Assembly: GCF_001447785.1 (NCBI RefSeq)
Contig: NW_015170287.1
Location: forward strand, 737,905-801,904
Origin: Gekko japonicus
Lineage: Eukaryota
Direction of reading: 5' to 3'
DNA length: 64,000 nucleotides
A program made the translations under genes and the position numbers. The notes under the pieces are model-generated. The model did no database searches. It was not told where the DNA came from and was given only the letters and a program-made list of their open reading frames with translations. Positions within the stretch are counted from its first letter, which is position 1. Each line of letters opens with the position of its first letter. Shown here one piece after another: positions 1 through 14,294 of the stretch.

Positions 1-780
1 CACAACCATCCCTTTCCCCTGTACAACCATGGGCACAGACATCCTTTATCAGCATAATTAAGCCTTAAGTCACCCTTAGTATGCTTCTACTGATAAGGAA
101 GAGAACGAGTTGTCCAAAACCAGATGGTGAAGCTTCACTTCTCAGGCTGAGTTGTGATTGTATCACCACTACTATATTTTTGTCACTGAAAAACTATGTC
201 ATTTCAAAGCCCTCAATGTATTTTTTCAATGACAAGTTCAGAAATATGTCCTTGTCCTTGGACTACAATTGTACTATCACTAGAAAGGACTCTCCCGCTC
301 CCTATACACACACACATACACACACACATTCTTTTTGGAAATGACATTTGAGGCAGGATTTTGAAATGCTTACTTCATGACATTTCCTGGAGTTTTGAAC
401 CAAAAACAGGCACCCCACAGTCATGAACAGAACGACAAAAGTTATTTAATTACATGTCACAGACAGCTTGTCAGTGTAAGAGGACATTCTGTGACAGCGG
501 ACTGGAGCTGGCTGTTTCACACAACCGTCTTTCAGGGCAATGTTTGACTTACGCTGAAGCCTGGCATTGTAAGATTATAAGACTTACAACCCTCCCAGGG
601 GCCTATCTGGAACAAGATATGTACTACGAGGTTATCACAGATACAGAGACTGTTTTTAAAAAGAAAGAAACAAATAAAAAATTATATTCAAGAACTTCAA
701 GACTGTTTTCAAAAACCTTCAGTTCTGAGTTTGAATTTTCAAAAACCTGTTTGCAAAAACCTTATATAGGATAAAACACA

Positions 781-946
781 CTGGTGTGGTGTAGTGATTA
801 AAGCATCAGACTAGGATCTGGAAGACTCAGATTTAAATCCCTACTCTGCCATGGAAGCTTGCTGGGCGACCTTGGGCCAGTTACATACAGTCAACCTAAC
901 CTAACTTACAGTGTTGTTGTGAGGATAAAATGGAGAAGAGTAGAAT
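781..946 (+). mobile_element. tRNA-derived SINE (Squam3-like), diverged
   Basis: Box A-like GTGGTGTAGTGATTAA head, box B-like region, then ACCTTGGGCCAG...GTTGTTGTGAGGATAAAATGG body. Confidence 0.75.
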
Positions 947-2383
947 GGCAGGTCATAAATAAAGTAAATAATGGTGGGTCATCAATAAAGTAGATAAATA
1001 AGTAAATCAGTAAATATAAAGAAGCATAAAGAAAGACCAGTACGGGAATTCCTGAAAAGTTGTAAGTACAAAACTACACTTGGGAGACTGAAGAAATTAC
1101 AGGATATTGTTTAAAATATTTTTGACATTCACAGATTAATAAATAGCTTATTGTTCTGATCTGGCCACTTTGAGCTACTTAATGGTGATTCACTGCCTTC
1201 AGCTTAACGTACGAGTTTGTCTTTTTTGTCATGAAAGGAAATATTAATAAATTATAGAAAATCTTTATCATCACCCAGCAGGATGGCTTTTTCTCCCCTA
1301 TATAAATAATTCTTTTGGTTTGTTCTCCATTTGGTATAAAATATTATCAACACTCTAAATTATTTATCCTGAGAAAAGTCACTGAAGATCTCTTCAGTAT
1401 ATTACACTTCTTCACTCAAGGATCAGCAGCTTCTACTGATTTTTTAAAAATATTAATTTACTTCATTTCTACTCCACTTTGCCCACAGTTGGGACACCAA
1501 ATGGTTTAACCTCCCCTTCTCCTTTCTGTCAACAACAATGCTATGAGGTTGGTTAGACAGAGAGTGTATGACCCAACAAGCTTCCATGAAATAGTCGGGG
1601 TTCAAACCTGGGTCTTCCAGGTTCTGTGTTGATACTAATTCTGTAGAGTCCAGAAATATTAAAAGCTATGTTTCTTTTCTGTGTAAAGCATGAGAATACT
1701 GTTGTGTTTAATTTAGGATGGTCTATCTATCACACACACACAAAGAGAGAGAGAGAGAGGTCCATAGCTATGGTGGGGCATTTTGGGGGCTCCATCCCCT
1801 CAAATGTAAGGCACCCCCCCCACAATAGCTGCTGCCCCTCTCCCTTCCCCTCCTGTGACATTAAAAAGGCCCTCCAGTTGATTGGTGGAAGCATGTGGCC
1901 TGCCAATCAGCTGGAGGGAGGGCTTTTTAGGTCTTGCAGGAGGCGAGGGAGAGGGGCAGCTGCTGGCCGCACACCTTCCCTGAACTCCAAGCAGAAAATT
2001 TGCCTCTTGGAGTTCAGGTGCAGGCAGCCCCCACTTGAAAAACACCCTTTAAAGGGGACCCTTTAATGCTGTTTTTCAAGTGGGAACCTGCCCACATCTG
2101 AAATCACTGCTTGGAGTTCAGGGAAAGCATGTGGCCACCCCTCTCCCTCTTCCCCCTACCCTGCTGCCCCATAACATTTCCCCATGTCCCACCAACTCAA
2201 AATGTCTGGCTACAGGGCTGCATTCCTTCCATAGAATTAATTCTATGCTGTGTTAGACACACTCAGGGAATGTTTAAAAAAATCGTAAGAGGATACCCCA
2301 CATCTCAGCATGTTTTTTTACGCAAGGGAGATAGGAGGGGTTCGCTTCTCAAAATTAAAGAGAATTCTGGAGGGAATATATAT

Positions 2384-3487
2384 GTTTGTTGTTCAGTCGC
2401 ACAGTCGAGTCTGACTCTTCACGACCCCATGGACCATCTCCCGCCAGGCCTTCCGGTCTTCCGCTGTCCTCTGAAGTTTGCTCAATTTCATGTTTGTTGC
2501 ATCGATGACACTGTCTAACCATCTCATCCTTTGCCATCCCCGTCTTCTTTGACCTTCAATCTTTCCCAGCATCAGGGTCTTCTCCAGTGAGTGCTCCCTT
2601 CTCATTTGGTGGCCAAAGTATTTGAACTTCAGTTTCATTATCTGGCCTTCCAGGGAACAGTCAGGGTTGATTTCTTTTAGGATTGACTGATTTGTTCTTC
2701 TTGCAGTCCAAGGGACTCTCAAGAGTCTTCTCTAGCACCATAGTTCAAAAGAATCTATTCTTCGGCGCTCGGCCTTCCTTATAGTCCAACTCTTGCAGCC
2801 ATACATGACTACTAGGAATACCATTGCTTTGACCATGCAGACTTTTGTTGGCTGGGTGATGTCTCTACTTTTTATCATGCTGTTTAGGTTCGCCATCACT
2901 TTCCTCCCAAGGAGCAGGCATCTTTTAATTTCATGGCTGCTGTCACAGTCTGCGGTGATCTGGGACCCCTTCTATTTGCCAAGGAGTGATGGGGCCGGAT
3001 GCCATGATCTTAGTTTTTTTGATGTTGAGCTTCAAGCCCACTTTTGCACTCTCCTCTTTTACCCTGAGCAAGAGGCCAGCATTTCACATGATGTACTCTG
3101 CATATATATTAAATAAGCAAGGTGACAATATACATCCTTGTCGTACTCCTTTTCCTATGCTAAACCAATCAGTTGTTCCATAGCCGGTTCTAACTGTCGC
3201 TTCTTGGCCCTTATACAGGTTTCTCAAGAGACATGTGAGGTGGTCTGGTACTCCCATCTCTTTAAGGACCTGCCATAGTTTGTTGTGATCCACACAGTCA
3301 AAAGCTTTGGCATAGTCAATGAAGCAGAGGTAGATGTTTTTCTGGTAGTCTCTTGCTTTCTCCATAATCCAGCGAATGTTGGCAATTTGTTCTCTGGTTC
3401 CTCTACCTCTTCAAAACCCAGCTTGTACTTCTGGCAGTTCTCTATCCACGTACTGTTGAAGCCTAGCTTGTAGTATCTTGAGCATGA
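2384..3487 (-). mobile_element. RTE-BovB LINE, 5'-truncated with internal deletions
   Basis: Minus-strand RT fragments (CFIDYAKAFDCVDH, KGVRQGCILSPCLFN, RVPWTARRTNQSILKEINP, GVVKSQTRL) and a (CAA)n-like tail near 2384. Confidence 0.95.
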
Positions 3488-4465
3488 CACAGCAAAAAGT
3501 ATTCAATGCATGAAAGGGAAACCACAGCCATCTTCATCATCAGTTTATTCAGCTAATATGACCAGAGCTCTTAGGCATAGTTAAAATCAGCAATTCAAAT
3601 ATACAGTCACCAAATTGTAATTCCAAAAATTGTAATACTAAGAAGTAGATAAAAGATACTAAAACTTTACAAAATTGATAAATAGCAAAACCTTACTAGT
3701 TATAATTTACTGTTAAGAAATAATCCAGATGAGGTCTCTCTTTCGTAACTAGTTTAGAACTGATTAGTAACATTTCAGTGAGATTATGATTGCCAAATAT
3801 TTCACTACTGAGACCATTATTTCAGGTACAGCATCCACCAGAAAATGAGAAATCACCCATAGTTCCAATGGCAGATGGTATTTAAATAGGATAGGGCATA
3901 TTTAATATGTCTTAAAAGCTGTCCATTGAGAGCAAAACAGTAGCAAGCGTGTCAAGGTCTCAAACACACGAAGCACACTAGCATAAAGTCTATCTGAATA
4001 ACTAAGGAATTTGCACAAATCGCCCCTTTAGTTCTGCTGATGGAAAAGCATTTTATTTTGTGAGAGTAAAAACAACCCTGTGAGTAGTAGTCATAAGGTA
4101 GCTTAGATATAAAGGAAGATTCAGTGGAGAGAGAATCCCAAAAGCAAGAGGAGAACAAACATGCCTAGCCTGAGTAGCTGTATCTCTATCCATATTGGAT
4201 GCCTTCAGTTTACTCAGTCTCCAGGCCTCTTGAGTTAATCTCATTTTAGGGAAACCACAGGTAACAATGGAGAGAAAACGAGTTACCCTCTGCCATCTCT
4301 TTTGCAAAGGTGATTTCACTCACCATCACATTAGCAATCAGACTATTACAAAAAACCACCTTGCTGTGGAAGCAGACATTGCTTCTCTACAAATGATAGA
4401 AATTATTCACAGTTGGCCCTTCTCTCTCCCTCCATCTGCTTTCCAACATTAAATAAGACTACTAC

Positions 4466-4880
4466 GGCCCCTGCCACATGGCAGGGAAACCACGAGGCAA
4501 AAGCTCGGCTAATAGAGCCGCTCCAACGTTGAGACGCTGCGGCGGGATCCCACGGATCCCCTGGCTGCAGCGCCTCTTCTCCCCGGCAAGAGCAGACGCC
4601 GGGGAGGACGAGCCCGATGGGAGGGGGAGGCTGCCGAACTGCGCATGCCCGAGCATGTGCAGTACGGCCGGGGGCTGGGATGCGGCAGCGCAAGGATGCG
4701 CCGCCGATCCCACGGCCGGCTTGGGGTGCTCCAGACGGCTGCAACCACCTAGATAGGTTGTTCGTTTTTGCAGCGGGGTATCACCATTTGGGGTATGAAC
4801 GGGGCCAAAGCTTGGGTAACATTTGCTGTGATTCCTTGCCACTGTTTTGTAGAAAACACACTAACCATGGTTTCACTCTC
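4466..4880. mobile_element. GC-rich non-autonomous DNA-transposon-like insert
   Basis: CpG-rich block in AT-rich intron starting GGCCCCTGCCACATGGCA; right terminus not clearly identified. Confidence 0.4.
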
Positions 4881-5625
4881 CACCGGAGACTTGGTTGAAT
4901 TAGCCATACTCCTCATAGGCATTCACGTAGCATGAAGCAATGATTAATGCCATGGGAGGATGGGAGGATACTGTATGATACCATACTGTATTGGCTCCAT
5001 TTGTGAACCATAGTGGGTAGGGAATGAGTATTACATTTGCTCAAGTTTATTCTTCCTCTGTTTGCCTGGTGTTCTGAGTTCTAAACACTATAATTTTTAG
5101 AGCATTATTTTCTAGCACAAGATGTACATTTGCAGATCCAATTCATCATGTAAGTTTGAGAAAGAAAAAAACCTGCCTGCTGAATGCTCTTTATCTACAC
5201 AATCCATACATATGTATAACATTAGTCCCCTTATGTGAATGCATGTAAACTACAATAGGGAGAACAGTCCTCAGGCCAAGAATGTGTACAGATGGCTAAG
5301 AGTCCTCATGTAAGCATCAGATGGAATAGATTAAGATGTCACAAACATTTTGCAAGCTTCCAGAGGAAAAAGCAGTTCAGGACACAAACATCCCTTAAAG
5401 GTCTAATTTCTTAGCAGATTTGCTGTACAAGGAAGCAACTGGGAATACAGGCTGGGATCTTAATGTTGGCTGTTACAAGGCATGAAAATAAACCTCACTG
5501 GGTATTTATAGAAAGTACTGATGTGAACACTGTATTTATTCAATCCATCCTTTTCTTAACCCAAAATTTCCCAGAACACTAAGTTCATCCACAATTTATT
5601 TATTTATATATTTATATATTTACAT

Positions 5626-5650
5626 ACACACACACACACACACACACACA
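5626..5650. repeat. (CA)n microsatellite
   Basis: Direct reading. Confidence 0.95.
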
Positions 5651-5941
5651 TTACATATCTGGACCATTTGGTGTGCACTAGTTCTATAAATTCACATTAT
5701 CATTTGCCCTTTTATAGCTGGCTCATGATCCGTTTGAATTCTCATTGAGTACTTAGCTCTGCTGCTAAACTGATATCCACAGTATCACCCATTCATAGAA
5801 GATCCCCTTTTTAATAGCAACAATAAACAGAAGGTGTTTGATTTTTAAACAGTATGGATTATATTTAATTAAACTGGGGAAGTTATAATCACTGAAAAAA
5901 TAATTATTTCAAGGAAAAGGCTATTTGAGGTTTGATATCTA

Positions 5942-6432
5942 GGCCCCGGTCACATGGGCCGGAAAATGCAGGGGGGGGGAGTGTGGCTGTTTGCCCCGGA
6001 GCAAAATAATGTGCGGCCGCCCGATCACACGTCCCGTCGAGGTCCTGTGGTTAGGGCATCAAGTGCCGATCACACGGCTATCCTGCAGCATGGCAAAGAA
6101 GTGGCGCGGCACGATCACACCAGCAATCGCCAGGCACTGCTTCCATGGCAAACGGGAATGTTTTTTCCTCACCAAAATGTGAGCATGCGCATGATCGTTT
6201 GTGCGCATCCTGTGAAGACTTTAAAAAAAACTAACTGGTTTGCGATGGGACTAGGACGGGACGCGATCAGACGCCCACCCTTGCCCCGCATTTTCCGGAA
6301 ACTAGTACATCGTAAGTACTAGTTTTTTACTCCGTATCTTCGGCACGAAGCCACAGGTTAGCCACAAGTGCACTACACTTCTCAGATGTTGTGGTGTGAT
6401 CGCGCCCGGAAAATCCGCCTATCATCCGTATC
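5942..6432. mobile_element. Harbinger-type MITE (same family as 37752-38241, opposite orientation), one end lost
   Basis: TIR GGCCCCGGTCACATGG; internal sequence is the reverse complement of the 37752 copy. Confidence 0.8.
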
Positions 6433-7967
6433 TTTATGACTGTGATGTGTTTTAATATTTTTAATGTTTTTATTGTTCCATTGTATGATTTGGCGATATG
6501 CCGTGTAAGCCGCCCTGAGCCTCCGGGGAGGGCGGGATAAAAATGTAAATATTAAATAAATAAATAGCTGTTCTGCTGCAGACCAGCATGACTACCCTCT
6601 GAAACCATGTGAAATATTGCACCATTCAAGTTACATTACATTTCAGCTTTCACTCTCACTAATTATTGTATGGAACCTATACATGGTTGGAACCTATAAA
6701 TCAATATCTCTTTTACTACATTACAGCGACGAACTCTCGATGATGCACAATCTCACCACTGCCCAGAATGCATAGCATACATATGCATCTAAATATCTCA
6801 GTCTACTGGTTTCAAAGCACCAGTGTGCCAAATTCTGAAAGAGATGCTATAGCACTGGGGAGACAGCAAGGGTCAGTTTCAAAAACACCCAGAGGTAAAG
6901 CCCTACAGCTTGTACGAAGTATCTGTAAAGCAACAGGGAAAACACACTGGCCTCAGTGATACCTAGGTCCTTTGTGCCCTGTGTCAATTAACATTCTGAC
7001 TCTCATTCACACATTCCTTCCTCCAGAATTAGGTGTGTTTTTTTTTATTCACCTCCTTTGCCTCTACCTGTCAACACATGGAAACTGATATGAAAGTCAC
7101 TGCAGCCTCTCTGACCGTGTTTAAAGCATTTATTGTGGATCAATAATCCCCTATACTGCTACTGGCACAGAAGATTCCTTGAGAAATTGCCTTTCATTAG
7201 AAATAGGCACTTGAAGAGCTCAGTGAATGAGTCAAAAATGGAACTGACAAATGTGACTCAAACAAAAACTGGAAGCAGTTCTCACAGCATTAAATGCCAT
7301 TGTTTGCATGAGTAGGGATGCGTTCTTCTTATGTTAGGCCAAGTCTGGCACTGTTTCGCTATGACTACGACCTGGAAATGACTGGCACACCTGGTAACAA
7401 TGCAAGGACTGGAGCCAATAGCATTGCTGTGATGGTATTTTAGGACCAAAGGCATTTCTCATCTCTGTGCTGCTCTGATACCATTGAAGCCATACAACAC
7501 TGAAAGAGATGCTTAGGATGAAATATCACCACAGCAGAAGAATGAGCTCAGGGGAGTTTCACCCTTATATACACTGGGAGAGAATTACATTTGGGGATAT
7601 GCACAGCTACACCTTTTCATTCATAACACTGTTTTTTTGTAATGAACTCAAGATTGACAGATCAATAATATCCTACTGTGTTCATGCCCTCAGAGCAGCT
7701 GTTATGTTCCATATTAGGTCTCAGCCAATTCCTAGCAGAGCTATTTAAAGAAAAAAGACCTAGATATTTGGAGGAAGATACCGGGGAAGAGTAATTCAAA
7801 AGGGAAGAAGATAAGGATTGGTAAACCCCACAAAAGGATAAAAATACCATAGTTATACCACCAAATTGGAAGTGCTATGGGGCCATTCTGTGAGCAAGCA
7901 TTAAATAATGCAATAGGGGAGGAGGCAGGAATTTATTTTCTTCTCTTTCATACAGGAAATTATTATT

Positions 7968-8203
7968 TTGGTGTAGTGGTTTGGTGTAGCATGGTTAAGA
8001 GTGCGGACTCTAATTTGGGAGAACCGGGTTTGATTCCCCATCCCTCCACATGTAGCTGCTGGTGTAACCTTGGGGCAGTCATAAGTTTTTTCAGAGCTGT
8101 TCTATCAAGGGCAGTTCTAGAGAGAGCGCACTCAGCCCCACCTACTCACAAGGTGTCTGTTGTGAGGAGGGGAAGGGAAAGGGGATTGTAAGCCACTCTG
8201 AGA
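7968..8203 (+). mobile_element. Squam3-like SINE running into assembly gap
   Basis: TTTGGTGTAGTGG...GGAGAACCGGGTTTGATTCCCCA head and CTGTTGTGAGGAGGGGAAGGGAAAGG body. Confidence 0.85.
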
Positions 8204-8526
8204 NNNNNNNNNNNNNNNNNNNNNNNNNNNNNNNNNNNNNNNNNNNNNNNNNNNNNNNNNNNNNNNNNNNNNNNNNNNNNNNNNNNNNNNNNNNNNNNNN
8301 NNNNNNNNNNNNNNNNNNNNNNNNNNNNNNNNNNNNNNNNNNNNNNNNNNNNNNNNNNNNNNNNNNNNNNNNNNNNNNNNNNNNNNNNNNNNNNNNNNNN
8401 NNNNNNNNNNNNNNNNNNNNNNNNNNNNNNNNNNNNNNNNNNNNNNNNNNNNNNNNNNNNNNNNNNNNNNNNNNNNNNNNNNNNNNNNNNNNNNNNNNNN
8501 NNNNNNNNNNNNNNNNNNNNNNNNNN
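8204..8526. other. Assembly gap; others at 22151-22348, 26974-27055, 31908-32070, 60069-60216, 63647-63775
   Basis: N runs. Confidence 1.
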
Positions 8527-8670
8527 AAACTGCTCTTTTTCAAGGACAGCTGTGCCAGAGCTTGTGACTGACCCAAGGTCACATCAGCAGGCGCAAGTGG
8601 AGGAGTGGGGAATCAAACCCGGTTCTCCCAGATTAGAGTCTGCACACTTAACCACTGCACCAAACTGGCT
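8527..8670 (-). mobile_element. Squam3-like SINE (5' part)
   Basis: Reverse complement of the SINE head, ending ACCAAACTGGCT. Confidence 0.85.
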
Positions 8671-11600
8671 CTGAAGGTAAGTTGCAGCAGACATTTTGTG
8701 GCTGGCTCCACCTCTTGTGGCAGCCATTTTATGGCAGCACCCACTATGCTGTGTTAGAATTCCAAAGGTGCCCAAAGGTTCAGAAAGGTTGGGGAGTGAC
8801 CCCTGTCCTAGTCCATGTCCAACATGCTAACTACCGTGAGCCAATCAGATTTTAAATGTCACCTACCTCCCAACACTCCTCCATGATGTAATCACAGCAG
8901 CAACAATCTAAAATGGCAAGCTGGAAGAGGAAAAAGCCCCTCTGGAGTTACCCCCCCCCCAGTGCTCCCTCAGGAGAAATGCCAGGCTAAAGAAGAATCA
9001 CAGTTCTGTAATTCTCCATCCTCATCTATCAGCCCAGTGGAGCAGGTCTTCTTCCACTTCCACTGGATAGATGTTGGCTGCCTTACCGCATTAAAACAAT
9101 TCAGGAGGTCATTTTTTACAAAGGTAATAGAGCTATATTATAATGAAATTGTTCAGTAAGATTCTTTAATAAAGGGAAAGGGTCTGTGGATTATACTACT
9201 GTGTACAGCATGTACCTGTTGCTGAATGTATTATCCCACTATGTAATATCTATGCATTGTTTAACATGTCATGTTACGGGATTTCTGATTTCTGCAGTCC
9301 TAACCCAATTGAATTGCTTATCAAAGCCTCCATCCTGCTAACTGCATTGCTTTACACTCTGCAATCTGCCTTGAGTACCAGTGAGAAAGGTGGGCTATAA
9401 AAATGTACATGAAATAAAATCAATGAACAGCACAGGGGGGTGATTCAATCGGTGGGGGGGGGATTATACAGCCTTCAATGGGCAGAATAAAAACTCATAA
9501 TCACAGTGGATATTCAATACAAATAAGGGGAGGGGAGGAAAGCCTTCACACACTGCAGACTAGAGGCTTCTCCATTATGCCCTGAAATATTCTCTCTCCC
9601 GATACAACATTGAGCTAGATGGATCAATGGTCTGATTCAGTATAAGGCAACTTCATATCTTCATGTCCAACCTGACAAAGAGTTCTGGAGGAACTCAAAG
9701 GCTCTCTTGTCATATTTTGATAAGTCCCTGTGAAAAGGCATTGCACTCCTGTTGTATTTTTCAACACAGATCTGTTCATTTTATTATTATTAGATCTTAG
9801 TCGATTCAAAGTTCTTCACAGCCTTCATTTTGTTTTTCTTCACAGGAGAGGAATATGTTTTTCACATGGTATAAATGATAAGCGGTATCTGAGTCAGAGT
9901 ATGTGCACAGATTTCACCTCAGACCTCACTGAGTTAAATCCAGTTCTCTATTTCACTACATTCAGTACCTGTCAATATATAAGATCGAAGGTTCATTACA
10001 GGATTTTAAGAGGCCTGTTAAACTCTGGAATAATGCATGTGCCATGACTGCACTGAGACAAGGCAATGTGCTATGTTCGCACAGGCCATATATTTTGCTT
10101 CCTCTATAACTAAAACATTTAGTGAAGGATGGAGAAGGGAAATAGAGTGGCCTTATTTATTGATCAATTTCTGCAGGCGCAGCCTTTCTCAGTTATCTTG
10201 ATGGATAATTTCCAGGGCCTGATTTCCACTTCCATGGAACAAAGCTGAAATATAGGGCAACCATAATATCTGTTTGCAGTTGGGGCTTAAAAAAAAGAAA
10301 GAAAGAAAGAAATGTGTTTAAGCAAGCTTGTTGTCGATTTAGCACTCAGTTAAAAAGAAGAACCGTTGACAGCATTATAAAGTCTACAATTCATAATATT
10401 TTCAGGATCCTGATAGTCAAAACAGTCACACGTAGGGTGAATTGTTGTGATCAGACATAGATGTGTATAGCCGGCAGACTCTTCCTATTCAGGAAAGACT
10501 GTAAGTGGCACAACAAATTAACTGGGCAAAGATACCACAAGTATCTGCTGAAGGGAGTGCTGAATCTTGAAAATGTATACCATGGGAATCTTATTTGTTT
10601 TAAGGTGCTACTGGGCTCTTGAATCTTGTTCTTCTATACACACCAACACAGCTACCCACCTGAAACTGCATGCCAAGAAACCTGACACTGCAGATGTAAT
10701 GGTATATCTAAGTTAGGAATCTATGTCTTTAGAAAGCGCAACCCAGTCTAGCACAAATCTCCCCCCACCCCTGGTTGGCAGTATTCTTCTCCAAGAGCAC
10801 CTCAGTGCTGTCTGAACTGAGTTTTAGTTTATTTGTCTCAACTGAATAGAGGAAGATAAATCCCCATGTCCTTGGGGGAGGGAAGTGCTGTTTTGGATGA
10901 GTGCAGACCTCACCTGTCCCAAAAACAAAGGTCTCAGCACTTTAAAATTTGAAATGTTTTTATTACACTTGACCAAATTCAGTTCAAGTTACCATGAAAT
11001 CACCCTGTTTCTAATGCAGCACTGCTGTAGTCATCAAAAATGTTATGATTTCTGGCATATCCTGATGCACTCCTGTGTAGTCACAGATAAATAAAACATC
11101 TAAACTAGTTCTTGGATCATAAAAGAGAGAAAGAGAGAGAGTGAAAAATCTGCTGTCTCTGTAGAATTCTGTACCAAAATTAATAGAAAAAAGTTTTGAG
11201 CATGCCAGTATCCACTTTATAGCTAGCCTTTAAAGAAGGACTCATAAAAAGCAGGAGTGCAATTGGGCAGTTCTGTCATATTGGCAACAAATCACAGGTT
11301 CATATAGCCGGTGCCATTGTTTCACTTTCAAGTGCTTTGTTTTTTATTCTTGTCTCAGCTTGAATCTGTAATGTACCTTTGCAGAACTTTGTGTACAGAA
11401 TGCGCCACGAGCACGGGGATTTCTCCATCTGCCACAACCTTTCTAACCCAAATGTACATTGGATAATTGTGTTTTCTAGAAAACGATAATCGAGTGGGGA
11501 CAATTTGCATAACTGATGGGCACATGCATATGGAACACCATCAAACATTGTATATAACTCACTACACAATACACAGTTTGAGTCCATCTTTAAAACTGAC

Positions 11601-11842
11601 AAAAGTTTTATTCAAGGTCTTAAAGGGGCCACTGGACTCAAACTTTGTCCCGCTGCTTCAACACCTGAATCTACACAATACGCACTACACAATACAAGGT
11701 TTATCTCAAATTGGGATGACTTCTTCTCCCCCTTAGGGATGCAACAATGACAGGAAATCCTAAGTAAAGTTACACTATTCTAAGAAAAATGAATTCAATG
11801 GGCATAGAATAGTCATATTGTTAAGGCCTAAACTTGCATAAT

Positions 11843-12545
11843 AAGGTTTCCCTTGCTCAAAAGCTAGTCGAATCCGACTCTAGGGGGTGGTGCTCATTTC
11901 CATTTGCAAGCCGAAGAGCCAGTGCTGTCCAAAGACGTTTCCGTGCTCATGTGGCCAGCATGACTAAATGCCGAGGTGCACACTGTTACCTTCCCACCAA
12001 AGCGGTACCCAGGGCTATTTTTGGGCAGGAACGGACAGTAACGGAGAGTTCCGGCTGGCTCCTGATTTGGCCACGCCCAGCAGGAACTCATTAGCATAAT
12101 AGGCCACACCCAACAGCAGAAATTTATTAGGATTGGCTACATTAGGGGTGTGTGGCCTAACATGCAAAGGAGTTCTTGCCACAAAAAAAGCCCAGGGTTT
12201 TGAACACAAACAAGGGAAACAGTATAAAAAGCAAAAGGTGGGTGTGGCTGGATGACCACACTTCTGGTAACATGGGGGTGTGGCCTAATATGCTAATGAG
12301 ATGTGCTATCAGGGGTGTGGCCTAATATGCTAATATGCTTCTGCTGTTGGGTATGGCCTATTATGCTAATGAGTTCCTGCTGGGCTTTTTCTACACCCCC
12401 CCCCCCTGGCAGTACCTATTTACCTACTTGCAATTTCTTGCTTTCAAACTGCTAGGTTGGCAGGAGCTGAGGCCAGAGACGGGAGCTCACTCCATCATGC
12501 GGCACTAGGGTATCAAACTGCCGAACTACAGACCTTCCGGTCTGC
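11843..12545 (-). mobile_element. Sauria SINE interrupted by a hAT MITE
   Basis: GGTGGTGCTCATTTCC...GTGGCCAGCATGACT...GTTACCTTCCC...TACCTATTTACCTACTTGCA...GCTAGGTTGGCAGGAGCT. Confidence 0.85.
12010..12408. mobile_element. hAT MITE (CAGGGCT termini) nested in Sauria SINE
   Basis: 8-bp TSD gcggtacc/gcagtacc; subterminal GGTGTGGCCTAATATGCTAATGAG repeats. Confidence 0.9.
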
Positions 12546-13129
12546 ATACCCAGATATAAAACCTATTGAGTTCAGTAGGTCTCATTCCCAAGCAAATGTG
12601 TTTGAGATTGCAGCCTCAATTATAACACAATTGTAACACAAAGTAGTTCTGAATGGACTTAAAAGGGTGTAACTATTTAGGACTGCACAGTTGTTCAGTT
12701 CAGTTTTAACTGGACAACAGCTTTTGTTGCTAAAAAAAAGTTTGATTTTAATTTTTAATGTCAGTAATTAGTCACCAATTGATGGCGGAATCTTTCTTAC
12801 AAGTGCATGTGGCCTGAGAGGCTATTTGGTGGTTGTTGTTCTTTTTTCCCTAAAATGGGGGTTAAAAGCAGCTCTGATGTGTGTGCAATGGTAGCTTAAA
12901 ATTGTACCTATAACATGCATAGGTTAGGTTCAACCCCCTCCCCCCAAAAAATGCCCCAGATCCAGAAGATGGTTTTGTTTACTGCACTCATGGTTTATAG
13001 TAACAGACCTAATCTTAAAAAAATTAGCTCCACCTCTCATAAATGAAACCAGCGAAACATATGAGTTGCAGTTATTTTAATCCATTAATGTGGATTGTCA
13101 GGTCCCAGCATTATTATTTAAAACATTTT

Positions 13130-14235
13130 TTTATTCATTTAAAACATTTGTTAGCCATTTTTCTCCCTTGTGGGACTCAAGGCAGTTTACAATATAAATA
13201 AAACATTATAAAAAGACACAATAAAAACAACAATGATAAAACCCATAAAAGTCACAGGTTAAGAACTCCAATTAGGACTGCCAAACAGACCTAAATAAAA
13301 TTATCTTCAGCTGCCTCTTGAAGAATGACACCGAGGAGGCCAGGCACACCTTCCTGAGGAGGTTGTTCCATAGTTGGGACTTGAAAAGTCAGGCTCACAG
13401 CTTGGGAGTGCTGCTTGATACAGCAGCCACCTTAGAAAATCAGGTGCCTGCTGTGCTTCAAAGTGCTTTCACCCACCTTCAGTTCGTTTGCCAGCTATGC
13501 CTGTTCTTGACTCAATCTGATATAGCCACAGTGATAGTTACATCTAAAGAGTCAGTTTGGTGTAGTGGTTAAGTGCGTGGACTCTAACCTGGGAGAACCG
13601 TGTTAGATTCCCCACTCCTCCACCTGCAGCTGCTGGAAGACCTTGGGCAAGCCATAGTTCTGTCAGAGCTGTTCTCTGAAGGGCAGTCCTTAAAAGAGCT
13701 CTCTCAGCCCTGGCTACCTCACAGGGTGTCTGATGTGGGGAGGGGAAGGGAAAGGTGTTTGTAAGCCACTTTGAGACTCCGAGTGAAGGGCAGGGTATAA
13801 ATCCAATCTCCTCCTCTTCCTCTTCTTCTTGGTTGGACTATTGCAATATGCTCTGCTTGGGGCTTGAAGAGTGTTTGGCGGTTGCAGCCTGCTACTAAAA
13901 CCATGTGACCCCAGTCCTACAGCAATTATTCTGGCTTCCAATCTCCTCCTAAACCCAATTAAAGGTGTTGATTCTTACCTTTAGCGCTACATGGCTTGGG
14001 ACCAGGGTATCTAAAGGACCTTTTTCTCCCATATGTGCTTGGCGGGGAAACTAAGATCACAGGAAGAGGCCCTCTTGCCTGTCACATCAACCAAAGAAGC
14101 TCATCTGGTGGGTACATGAGAGAGGACTTTTTCATTTATTAGCCAGTGGAAGCCCCACAATTATGGAGCTACCTCCCCAGGTGTGCTTGGTCCCCTCACT
14201 CGTGATCTTTAGGAGGCAACTGAAGACAGTTTTAT
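13130..14235. mobile_element. L2-type LINE fragments interrupted by a Squam3-like SINE
   Basis: Degenerate L2 3' motifs (e.g. GGACTATTGCAATATGCTCT, GGCTTGGGACCAGGGTATCT, TTTAGGAGGCAACTGAAGAC). Confidence 0.65.
13548..13830 (+). mobile_element. Full-length Squam3-like SINE with (CTT)n tail
   Basis: GAGTCAGTTTGGTGTAGTGGTTAAG head through ATAAATCCAATCTCCTCCTCTTC tail. Confidence 0.9.
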
Positions 14236-14294
14236 TCATGACGGCATTTGATTAGTTCTTCTCCATACCAGCAATTTTAAATGGTTGATTTTAA

